This document shows, piece by piece, positions 7,578 to 15,165 of a stretch of DNA of 64,000 nt (positions are counted from its first letter, which is position 1; every line of letters begins with the position of its first letter). Below the pieces are notes generated by a model. The model was not told the origin of the DNA, did no database searches, and saw only the letters and a program-made list of their open reading frames with translations. Origin of the DNA: Blautia sp. (GTDB lineage: Bacteria > Bacillota > Clostridia > Lachnospirales > Lachnospiraceae). A program made the position numbers and the translations under genes. The stretch covers positions 7,176-71,175 of the forward strand of contig JBJENG010000013.1 in the NCBI GenBank assembly GCA_051880075.1, given 5' to 3'.

Positions 7578-7656
7578 TGTAAAAATATTGCTTGACACAG
7601 TACGCAGATGTAGACTACGATAACGTCACGATAAACAATTACAAATCAAATGGAGG
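7578..7656 (+). repeat. 79-bp promoter+RBS cassette P4 (direct repeat copy 2)
   Basis: 78/79 identical to 3993-4071. Confidence 0.95.
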
Positions 7657-7664
7657 TAATCGTG

Positions 7665-7931
7665 ATGAGAAAAGAGTACAGAGAAATCAGAAAAATCAGA
7701 GCAGACAAACTTAGAATCTTATGTATCGAAGAAAACTGGTACACAAGAGGAGATTGCGAAGCATACAATCATCTGCTGTTTGATCTGGCAGGAAACAAAG
7801 AAAATATCACGACAGAAGATATCGTTGAGATTGCTCGGGATATTCTGGAACACAGTGAAACAGACATGGATATTGAAAGCATCTGCTACTACGTTGCAAG
7901 AATTTTAGATACATTCTTCGAAGAAGCATAG
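7665..7931 (+). CDS. Hypothetical acidic early protein
   Basis: ATG behind cassette RBS. Confidence 0.75.
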   Translation: MRKEYREIRKIRADKLRILCIEENWYTRGDCEAYNHLLFDLAGNKENITTEDIVEIARDILEHSETDMDIESICYYVARILDTFFEEA

Positions 7932-7947
7932 AGGAGGTACAGGGGAG

Positions 7948-8403
7948 ATGATGTATTCAGAATTTTTGAAGGGGACCGGAGCACCGGAAAACTCACAGAG
8001 CTATGAGCAGTTTCTGAAAATCGAACAGATTTATATGGACTGTGAGCATATGTCTAAAGAACAGGCATACAGGATTTGGAAGAATACATACGGGAAGGAA
8101 GTAAAAATGGCACGGAAGGCAAGAGAAGAAAGGATTAAGCTGCTTGCCATGCCGGAAGATCAGTACCGGAACCTTCCAGAGCATGACAGAGAGAGTATAG
8201 CGAATGAGCTCCATGAGCTTTTTTGGAACGCTTATTACAACCGGGATGATTCAACATGCAAGATAAGCAAAGACAATAGATGCTTTATCGACAGATTTGG
8301 GATTGTCTGGTTCGTGAAAAGAAGGGATGTCAGATGGTTCCACTACGATCTGTTCGCTTATAACGATGGAAAAGTAATTGATGCAAATTATTGTGAAAGA
8401 TGA
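7948..8403 (+). CDS. Hypothetical protein
   Basis: ORF with RBS, in operon. Confidence 0.75.
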   Translation: MMYSEFLKGTGAPENSQSYEQFLKIEQIYMDCEHMSKEQAYRIWKNTYGKEVKMARKAREERIKLLAMPEDQYRNLPEHDRESIANELHELFWNAYYNRDDSTCKISKDNRCFIDRFGIVWFVKRRDVRWFHYDLFAYNDGKVIDANYCER

Positions 8404-8417
8404 AAGGAGAATTCGAG

Positions 8418-8663
8418 ATGGAAGAAAAGAAAGTTTTAAGCTCTGAAGAATTTAAGGAGATTTGCAAAGAGGCTATGCCACACATAGAAGCACTGAAAGA
8501 TATTCTCGGAAAAAGAGATATCAAAAGTCTCGGAAGTTTGACTATTTGTGCAGATGGGTATTTGAACTTTGGAATCTACGATACAGGATGGGAAGTTGTA
8601 AGAGCCAGCAAAGATGACAAGGTACGCATCAGACACGAATATAAGATGGAGGTGGATATTTAA
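8418..8663 (+). CDS. Hypothetical protein
   Basis: RBS aaggag. Confidence 0.7.
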   Translation: MEEKKVLSSEEFKEICKEAMPHIEALKDILGKRDIKSLGSLTICADGYLNFGIYDTGWEVVRASKDDKVRIRHEYKMEVDI

Positions 8664-8857
8664 TGTTCCAGATGGAGATTTGCACTGACGGTGCAGCTTT
8701 CAAAGATCCATATACCGGAGAGGAGAACAAAGAATGTGAAGCATACGCAATTGCAGACATTCTCTTAAAGATATCAAAGTCTCTTAAAGTAGATGGAAGA
8801 AACTCCGGAGTTCTTATGGATGTCATCATTGCTGAAACAAAGAAAGGCAGAGTATGA
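8663..8857 (+). CDS. Hypothetical protein, possibly with scrambled C-terminus
   Basis: RBS ggaggt; stop/start overlap. Confidence 0.6.
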   Translation: MFQMEICTDGAAFKDPYTGEENKECEAYAIADILLKISKSLKVDGRNSGVLMDVIIAETKKGRV

Positions 8858-8981
8858 TGCAGAGAAATCAAGCGGATTATATGGCTATTTCAGGAGGAAA
8901 GAATGATAAGCACATATTTCTCCAGAAGAATGAAAACAAGCTGATAAATCGCCTATCAGGAGCTGAAAGGAGGTGGTATTT

Positions 8982-9053
8982 ATGAAGATTGCAAAGAAAT
9001 TCTTCAAGAGCACAAGAAAGCTGTTTAAGCAGATCATGAAGTTTGCGAATTAG
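8982..9053 (+). CDS. 23-aa cationic amphipathic peptide (not in ORF track)
   Basis: RBS aaaggaggtg; MKIAKKFFKSTRKLFKQIMKFAN; stop overlaps next RBS. Confidence 0.6.
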   Translation: MKIAKKFFKSTRKLFKQIMKFAN

Positions 9054-9065
9054 GAGGAATCAAAG

Positions 9066-9338
9066 TTGAACAGAGGAAAGAAAGTAATTCTGGAAGGAAG
9101 AAGCATACTGCGGAGAGAAGATTATAAGAGAGTAAAGAAGATGGACCGGCAGGAGATAGAGGAGTTCTGTAAGAATCTGTACATGAATGGATACAACGAT
9201 GGAAGAGAATCTGTTCCGGGAATTGATATTAATCAGGTCAAAGATGCTATTCTTGAGACAAAAGGTATCGGTCAGAACAGGCTGGCATCCATCATGGAAA
9301 GCATAGAGAAAAGATTCGGAGGGAAGAAAGATGAATAA
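9066..9338 (+). CDS. Hypothetical phage protein
   Basis: TTG start after aggagg; REDYKRVKKMDR...KGIG motif. Confidence 0.75.
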   Translation: MNRGKKVILEGRSILRREDYKRVKKMDRQEIEEFCKNLYMNGYNDGRESVPGIDINQVKDAILETKGIGQNRLASIMESIEKRFGGKKDE

Positions 9339-9555
9339 ACAGAGAAGAAAGAAATTGGAAAAAGCGTTCGAGATGATCGGAGAAGTCAAAGATATTCTGG
9401 AGGAAGTCAAAGGCGAAGAAGAGGAAGCTTACGAAAATCTGCCTGAGAGTTTCCAGAATGGAGAACGTGGAGAAGAGATGCAGGGTTACATTGAAATGAT
9501 TGACGAGGCATATGGATACCTGGAGGATGCAGAGAGTGTGGTAGAACAGATTTAG
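9331..9555 (+). CDS. Small acidic helical phage protein
   Basis: MNKQRRKKL...EEEEAYENLPESFQNGERGEEM. Confidence 0.8.
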   Translation: MNKQRRKKLEKAFEMIGEVKDILEEVKGEEEEAYENLPESFQNGERGEEMQGYIEMIDEAYGYLEDAESVVEQI

Positions 9556-9567
9556 GAGGAAAAGTAT

Positions 9568-10908
9568 ATGATACAGGAAATTGCATTGGACAAGCTGAAA
9601 GTCCATCCAAAGAATGTACGAAAGACGTACAATGATATTGATGAGCTTGCGGACAGCATTAAAGCTCAGGGGATTTTGCAGAATCTCACAGTAGTTCCAG
9701 ACACAGAAGATGAAGGAACATATCTGGTGGTTATTGGAAACAGAAGATTAACAGCAGCACGGAAAGCGGGGCTTAAAACAGCTCCGTGTTTCGTGGCTGA
9801 TATGGATGAAAAAGAACAGGCATCAATGATGTTGCTTGAAAATATGCAGAGAAGCGATCTTACAATACATGAGCAGGCATATGGAATTCAGATGGTTCTT
9901 GATCTTGGAGAAACGGAAGATGGTTTAGCGGAAAAGACTGGACTTAGCAAGAGTACAATCCGGCACAGATCAAATATTGCAAAGCTTAACCAAGATGTTC
10001 TAAAGGAGAAAGAAAAAGATGAGAGCTTCCAGCTGACACTTAGAGACTTATATGAACTGGAGAAGATTCCGGATATCAAGATGAGGGATAAGATTCTGAA
10101 AGAAGCAACGGATTCAAATAATTTAGCAAGTAAAGCGAAAAATTACGTTGAAGAGATGAAGAGAAAAGAGAACGAGAAGAAGTTCAAATCACTGTTCAAG
10201 AAGATGGGAATTCCTCCAGCTCCAAAAGGTACAGAGAATGAAATGTATTCTGGAAAGTGGGAAACGGTTAAGGAGTTTGAATTATCGAAGGAAGTTCCTA
10301 AGTCAATTAAGATTTCTAAAGAAGAATGCGAAAAATGTTTCCATATCACATACTGGAGAAGTATCAGAATCATCCGAAAGAAGGTTAAAGAAAAGAAAGA
10401 ACTTACTCCGGAGGAAAAAGCACAGAAAGAACGTGAGAAAAATAAGAGACAGCTGAAAGCTATTCAAAAAGAAATGGCTGCGGAAAGAGAAGATTTCATC
10501 CGTGTAGCTATTGAAAAGAAATTTAAGCCAGAGAAAATGAGTATGGAAAGTGTAGAGCGTAGATTGTTTAATCTTATGCTGGATTGCGAATGCTGGATGA
10601 ACCATAGTCCGATGTATAAGTTCCTGTTTGATAAGAAGTCATGGGAAGTCAAGGACGATGAAAGGGAAAAATTCAGAAAGACAATCGATGAGCTGCCTCT
10701 GTATAATCTGTACTTTGTTTATGCTGCAGGATCAGTAGCAGAAAAGGACACGACAGAATGGAACACGAAATACAACAAGAAGTCAGGAAGACTGTTGATG
10801 GAATTTGAGGACATTCTTTCAGACTTTGGATTCTCGTATAGCAAACAGGAATATAAGAAGGTTAGTGATGGAACGCACAAATTATATGCCAAGGAGGAAA
10901 GCAAGTAA
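9568..10908 (+). CDS. ParB/Spo0J-family protein
   Basis: HPKNVR...ELADSIKAQGILQNL...IGNRRLTAA...ENMQRSDL plus HTH. Confidence 0.9.
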   Translation: MIQEIALDKLKVHPKNVRKTYNDIDELADSIKAQGILQNLTVVPDTEDEGTYLVVIGNRRLTAARKAGLKTAPCFVADMDEKEQASMMLLENMQRSDLTIHEQAYGIQMVLDLGETEDGLAEKTGLSKSTIRHRSNIAKLNQDVLKEKEKDESFQLTLRDLYELEKIPDIKMRDKILKEATDSNNLASKAKNYVEEMKRKENEKKFKSLFKKMGIPPAPKGTENEMYSGKWETVKEFELSKEVPKSIKISKEECEKCFHITYWRSIRIIRKKVKEKKELTPEEKAQKEREKNKRQLKAIQKEMAAEREDFIRVAIEKKFKPEKMSMESVERRLFNLMLDCECWMNHSPMYKFLFDKKSWEVKDDEREKFRKTIDELPLYNLYFVYAAGSVAEKDTTEWNTKYNKKSGRLLMEFEDILSDFGFSYSKQEYKKVSDGTHKLYAKEESK

Positions 10909-11600
10909 TGAATGTAAAGATTATCAGCGATTATGGAGAGAACAGTTTTTCTGTCTCTCCAGAACAGGCAATGGACATTATCAAACACGCAATGGATTTC
11001 CACACAAGATATTCCAGAATGAACAAGATTAGTGATGAATTAGCTGAAGCTGAAATTCCGGGAAATGAAGGACCTGTTAATTGTAGGCATGAATTTGATC
11101 CACTGATTCAAAAAGAAGAAGATTATTCCGGAAACAAAAAGCACAGAAGAACAGACAGCTTGTTTGGAATGGACTGGGATAAAAAGAGTGAAGAATTTGA
11201 AAGTGAACCGGAAGTTGCAGAACCGTACTTTCACAGAGAAGAGTCATACAAAGGATTTTTACTGATTAAATGTGAAGAATGTGGAAAAATCAAAGGATTC
11301 TGCTCAAAGCACGAAATTACATATCATCAGTGCGAATGTGGTCACAGAACAGAGCTTCGTGACCTGAGACCTATGCATCTTAACTGCAAGTGCGGAAATC
11401 ATTACAAGTATATGACGAATATACAGGATGAGAATTTTGAATATACCTGTCTGAACTGTGGAAGTCCGGTAGATATGAAACTGAATGGAAGACGCAATGC
11501 TTTTGTAACTGTGGGGGGGGTAAAGACCCTGTTATGTCTGCCATTGCCAGAAAGTACGGAATGTCTATTTATTAAGGTGGAGGAAGAAACGTATGAATAA
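10908..11600 (+). CDS. Cys-rich zinc-ribbon phage protein
   Basis: CEECG, CECG, CKCG, CLNCG; G8 tract at 11513-11520. Confidence 0.75.
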   Translation: MNVKIISDYGENSFSVSPEQAMDIIKHAMDFHTRYSRMNKISDELAEAEIPGNEGPVNCRHEFDPLIQKEEDYSGNKKHRRTDSLFGMDWDKKSEEFESEPEVAEPYFHREESYKGFLLIKCEECGKIKGFCSKHEITYHQCECGHRTELRDLRPMHLNCKCGNHYKYMTNIQDENFEYTCLNCGSPVDMKLNGRRNAFVTVGGVKTLLCLPLPESTECLFIKVEEETYE

Positions 11601-12021
11601 AGTAATTTTGATGGGGAGGCTCACAAGGGATCCTGAAGTCAGGTATTCCCAAGGAGAAAATTCAACAGCGGTTGCCAGATATACTCTGGCAGTCGATAGA
11701 AAGTTTAAACGAGACGGAGAAGAGTCTGCGGATTTTATTGGTTGCGTAGCATTTGGACGACAAGGAGAGTTTGCAGAAAGGTATTTCCATCAGGGAATCA
11801 AGATTCTTGTAACCGGAAGGATACAGACCGGAAGCTACACAAATAAAGACGGAGTTAGAGTCTACACGACAGATGTTGTAGTTGAAGATCAGGAATTTGC
11901 AGAAAGCAAATCTACCAGTCAACAGAACTCTGGCCAGCAGAACAGTAGCGGATCAAGAAGCTCTTCTTCTGGAGATGGATTTATGAGTGTTCCGGATGAC
12001 AGCGAGCTTCCGTTCAACTAA
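11593..12021 (+). CDS. ssb: Single-stranded DNA-binding protein
   Basis: MNKVILMGRLTRDPEVRY...ELPFN. Confidence 0.95.
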   Translation: MNKVILMGRLTRDPEVRYSQGENSTAVARYTLAVDRKFKRDGEESADFIGCVAFGRQGEFAERYFHQGIKILVTGRIQTGSYTNKDGVRVYTTDVVVEDQEFAESKSTSQQNSGQQNSSGSRSSSSGDGFMSVPDDSELPFN

Positions 12022-12037
12022 AGGAGGAATTGTAGCT

Positions 12038-12238
12038 GTGGATATAAGAAAATGTCCGTTCTGTGGATGTAAAGACAGAAGAGTCGGAATCAGAAGAATG
12101 GGAAATAAAGGATACAGGGTGGTTTGTGGCAGATGCGGAAGCACTGGTCCACATGTAAGTATTTCTGATTATCAAACGAAAGCAGATGCTCAGGAAAATG
12201 CAATTGAAAGGTGGAATATGAGAGACAATGGAATTTGA
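12038..12238 (+). CDS. Lar-family restriction alleviation-like protein
   Basis: CPFCG...CGRCG...AIERWNMR; GTG after aaggagg. Confidence 0.75.
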   Translation: MDIRKCPFCGCKDRRVGIRRMGNKGYRVVCGRCGSTGPHVSISDYQTKADAQENAIERWNMRDNGI

Positions 12239-12488
12239 AAATTATGAATTAAAGCCATGTCCGTTCTGCGGAGGAACAGCAGATTTTGAAACAAAAGGAA
12301 ATATATCAAACCACACAGAGGTTGGATTTGATTTCGCGATTAAATGTAGTGAATGCGGAATCGAAATTCCGGGAAGGCATAAAGTTACGTTTATACTTGG
12401 AAAGCTTGGACAAATAAGTACAATTATTGACGAAAGGCAGATTGCAATGAACGACTGGAATAGGAGGGCTAAAAATGGATTATCATGA
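12228..12488 (+). CDS. Lar-family restriction alleviation-like protein
   Basis: LKPCPFCGG...CSECG...DWNRR. Confidence 0.8.
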   Translation: MEFENYELKPCPFCGGTADFETKGNISNHTEVGFDFAIKCSECGIEIPGRHKVTFILGKLGQISTIIDERQIAMNDWNRRAKNGLS

Positions 12489-12834
12489 AGCTATTGAGGT
12501 TTTAAAAGATTTCGATAGTCAGGTAAATGCAAAAGCAGATGGAGCTTATCAGACAAGAATAGAAAAGATGGCTTGCGATATCGGTATTTCTGTCATACAG
12601 GAATTTATTGAGTATAAGAAAATCGGAAATATAGATGACGTAAAATATGCTGTAGATAAGCAGCATCCAAGAAGTCCAACATACGAAGGAGATGGATACG
12701 CACCAAACGGAACTTTTGTGTGGGATGAATGGCTATGTCCAAATTGCGGACATAGATTTGAGGTCGAGTATGAAGAATACGATTACTGCCCTTATTGCGG
12801 TCAAGCGATAGACTGGAGCGAGAAAGATGATTGA
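12475..12834 (+). CDS. Phage zinc-ribbon protein
   Basis: CPNCG...YCPYCGQAIDWS. Confidence 0.8.
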   Translation: MDYHEAIEVLKDFDSQVNAKADGAYQTRIEKMACDIGISVIQEFIEYKKIGNIDDVKYAVDKQHPRSPTYEGDGYAPNGTFVWDEWLCPNCGHRFEVEYEEYDYCPYCGQAIDWSEKDD

Positions 12835-13270
12835 TGAGAAAAAGCTGATTGAAGAGCTTAGAGAAAAAGGAAAAGAATATGACAAAGAATGTGGATATTG
12901 GTTACAAAGAGGAGAACATGGAAGCAGATTGATTTGTGCCGGGAAATGCACTGGGATTGTCCAAGCAATGAAAATTGTTGAAAATCAGCCTCAAGTCGGA
13001 GTTTGGATTCCTTGTAGTCAGAGGATGCCAGAAGATGGAGATAACAGATTTTATATGTGCATTGTGGAGAACCATGAAGAAGAACCGCCTATGTTCTGCC
13101 AATATGAAGAAGGATATGGTTTTGGTTTCTGGAATGATATTTACGATGAACATACTTTAGGATTTGTTGATTCAGAGTTCAAAACCAATGAAGAACTTGG
13201 GTATGAAAAAGTTATCGCATGGCAACCACTTCCAGAACCGTACAAAGGAGAATGTTATGAAGAAGAATGA
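12827..13270 (+). CDS. DUF551-like phage protein
   Basis: WIPCSQRMPE...VIAWQPLPEPY. Confidence 0.8.
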   Translation: MIDEKKLIEELREKGKEYDKECGYWLQRGEHGSRLICAGKCTGIVQAMKIVENQPQVGVWIPCSQRMPEDGDNRFYMCIVENHEEEPPMFCQYEEGYGFGFWNDIYDEHTLGFVDSEFKTNEELGYEKVIAWQPLPEPYKGECYEEE

Positions 13271-13391
13271 AGCGTATAAGAGTTTCCGATGTATGCATTG
13301 TGCTTTCCTTGACAGAGATAGTGGTGTCTGTTTATGTGGTGATCCGGAAAGTGATGAATGTCCAAAAGATGAGGAGGTAAATGATGAATAA
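13257..13391 (+). CDS. 44-aa Cys-rich protein
   Basis: RBS aaggag; CMHC...CLC...CP; overlaps neighbours. Confidence 0.55.
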   Translation: MKKNEAYKSFRCMHCAFLDRDSGVCLCGDPESDECPKDEEVNDE

Positions 13392-13698
13392 GACGGACTA
13401 CAGATTAGTTAGAATTGCATGCCAATATGGGTACGATGCCCAGAGTAGACAGTGCATTGAAGAAATGTCCGAACTGACGAAAGCTATAAATAAGTTCTGG
13501 AGAAAACATCTTGACTGCGGGAGGAAGGAATTGTCCAGCGTTGATTTTCACAACAAAGAGTATGAAGATATTGTAGAAGAAATTGCAGATGTTCAGATTA
13601 TGCTGGACCAGATAAAGATGTTCATGGACTGCGAGGATTCTATCTATGATGTGATAGAAAAGAAAATTGATAGACAGCTGGAGAGAATAAGTAGTTGA
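13381..13698 (+). CDS. MazG-like nucleotide pyrophosphohydrolase domain protein
   Basis: IEEMSELTKAINK...EEIADVQIML. Confidence 0.8.
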   Translation: MMNKTDYRLVRIACQYGYDAQSRQCIEEMSELTKAINKFWRKHLDCGRKELSSVDFHNKEYEDIVEEIADVQIMLDQIKMFMDCEDSIYDVIEKKIDRQLERISS

Positions 13699-13832
13699 TC
13701 CGAGGATTGACTGAACAATGGTTTTGGGGTATCATGAATAAAAATCCCAGATTACAAAAGTATGATTTAGATGCGGTACTGTATCAATCGGGGATGCGAT
13801 GTTTATCCAGTAAAAGCTTCCGTATTTTAAAA

Positions 13833-13889
13833 ATAAGAAATCCCCGTTCATCTTATGATAGTATCACAGGATGAACGGGGATTTCTTAT
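13833..13889. terminator. Bidirectional terminator at 3' end of aroA
   Basis: 20-bp perfect inverted repeat ataagaaatccccgttcatc / gatgaacggggatttcttat. Confidence 0.8.
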
Positions 13890-15157
13890 CTCTGGAGCAG
13901 ATCTTTGTAAAAATCAGGATAAGAAATATTCACGCAGTCTGCATTTATGATTTCTGTTTCGCCTTCAGCTACCATCCCTGCTACTGCAAAAGACATGGCA
14001 ATTCTGTGATCCAGGTGACTTTCCAGAACCGCACCTTTCAGGGGATGTCCTCCGCGAATAATCATGCCGTCATCGGTTCCGGTTATATCACATCCCATCG
14101 CAGTCAGATGATGAACCAGAATTTCCAGACGATTAGATTCTTTTACTTTTAACTCCTGAGCATCTCTTATGATTGTTTCTCCATCTGCGCAGGCAGCCAT
14201 TACAGCAATTACAGGAAGTTCGTCGATTAGAGTCGGAATAATGTCTCCTTCAATCACAGTTCCTTTCAGCGGACTGTGTTTCACATAAAGATCGGATACC
14301 GGCTCCCCACATTGAATCCGTTGATTCAGAAGTTCTACGGAAGCCCCCATTTCTCTGCAGACACGAAGAATACCGTCGCGGGTAGGATTGATTCCTACGT
14401 TTTTGATTAACAGTTCAGATCCAGGAATAAGCAGAGCTGCTGCAATAAAATAAGCAGCAGAAGAAATATCTCCCGGTACCGCAACCTCCTGTCCCCGAAG
14501 AGTCGGTTCCGGACAAATAACGGAAGTTCTTCCTTCGCATTGAATGTCTGCACCGAAAGAACGCAGCATCAGTTCGGAATGATTTCTGGAAAGAGAGGGT
14601 TCCGTAACACTTGTCTTTCCATCTGCATACATACCGGCAAACAAAACACAAGATTTTACCTGTGCAGACGCAACCGGTGAATCATAGTGAATCCCTTTCA
14701 GTGAAGTTCCCTGTATTCGCAGGGGAGCACAACCATTTCCTCGGATACTTTCTATATTGGCTCCCATCATGGTGAGCGGTGTCATAATACGTTTCATGGG
14801 ACGTTTCTGTATGGAAGCATCCCCCGTAAGTTCACAGGAAAATTTCTGTCCGGCCAAAATACCGGAAATCAGTCTGGTTGTAGTTCCACTGTTTCCTGCA
14901 TCAAGAATCCCTTCCGGTGCCTGCAGTCCATGAAGACCTTTTCCGTGGACCAGAATCTCACTTTCATTTTCTTCGATTTCAATTCCCATTTTCCGAAAGC
15001 AGGAAATCGTGGAAAGGCAATCTGCTCCTTTCAGAAAATTCGTAATAGATGTAGTACCTTCTGCAATCGCTCCCAGCATAATTCCTCTGTGGGAGATGGA
15101 TTTATCACCAGGTACAGTGATTTCTCCTTTTAATGATTTTGATTGTTGAAATATCAT
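13886..15157 (-). CDS. aroA: 3-phosphoshikimate 1-carboxyvinyltransferase
   Basis: PGDKSISHR, GNSGTTTR, KESNRL, DHRIAM. Confidence 0.97.
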   Translation of the reverse strand: MIFQQSKSLKGEITVPGDKSISHRGIMLGAIAEGTTSITNFLKGADCLSTISCFRKMGIEIEENESEILVHGKGLHGLQAPEGILDAGNSGTTTRLISGILAGQKFSCELTGDASIQKRPMKRIMTPLTMMGANIESIRGNGCAPLRIQGTSLKGIHYDSPVASAQVKSCVLFAGMYADGKTSVTEPSLSRNHSELMLRSFGADIQCEGRTSVICPEPTLRGQEVAVPGDISSAAYFIAAALLIPGSELLIKNVGINPTRDGILRVCREMGASVELLNQRIQCGEPVSDLYVKHSPLKGTVIEGDIIPTLIDELPVIAVMAACADGETIIRDAQELKVKESNRLEILVHHLTAMGCDITGTDDGMIIRGGHPLKGAVLESHLDHRIAMSFAVAGMVAEGETEIINADCVNISYPDFYKDLLQR

Positions 15158-15165
15158 GTGTGCTC

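Larger units (their letters stand above)
1..13830. mobile_element. Right part of a prophage / phage-plasmid-like element (lysis end plus early region); right boundary approximate
   Basis: Endolysin, ParB, SSB, RadC/JAB, Lar-like, DUF551-like and MazG-like genes plus dense co-oriented small ORFs; abrupt switch to housekeeping genes (aroA) at about 13.85 kb. Confidence 0.85.

Noticed and set aside
1841-7656. CRISPR array or integron attC sites
   Set aside because: Repeats are kilobases apart, have promoter and RBS structure, and no cas or integrase gene is present
1-13830. Naming specific anti-CRISPR families
   Set aside because: None of the small ORFs matches an Acr sequence I can recognise; only context supports the idea
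13734-13874. Short ORF MNKNPRLQKYDLDAVLYQSG... at the prophage junction
   Set aside because: Its ATG overlaps the predicted -10 box and it runs into the aroA terminator; cannot be supported as a gene
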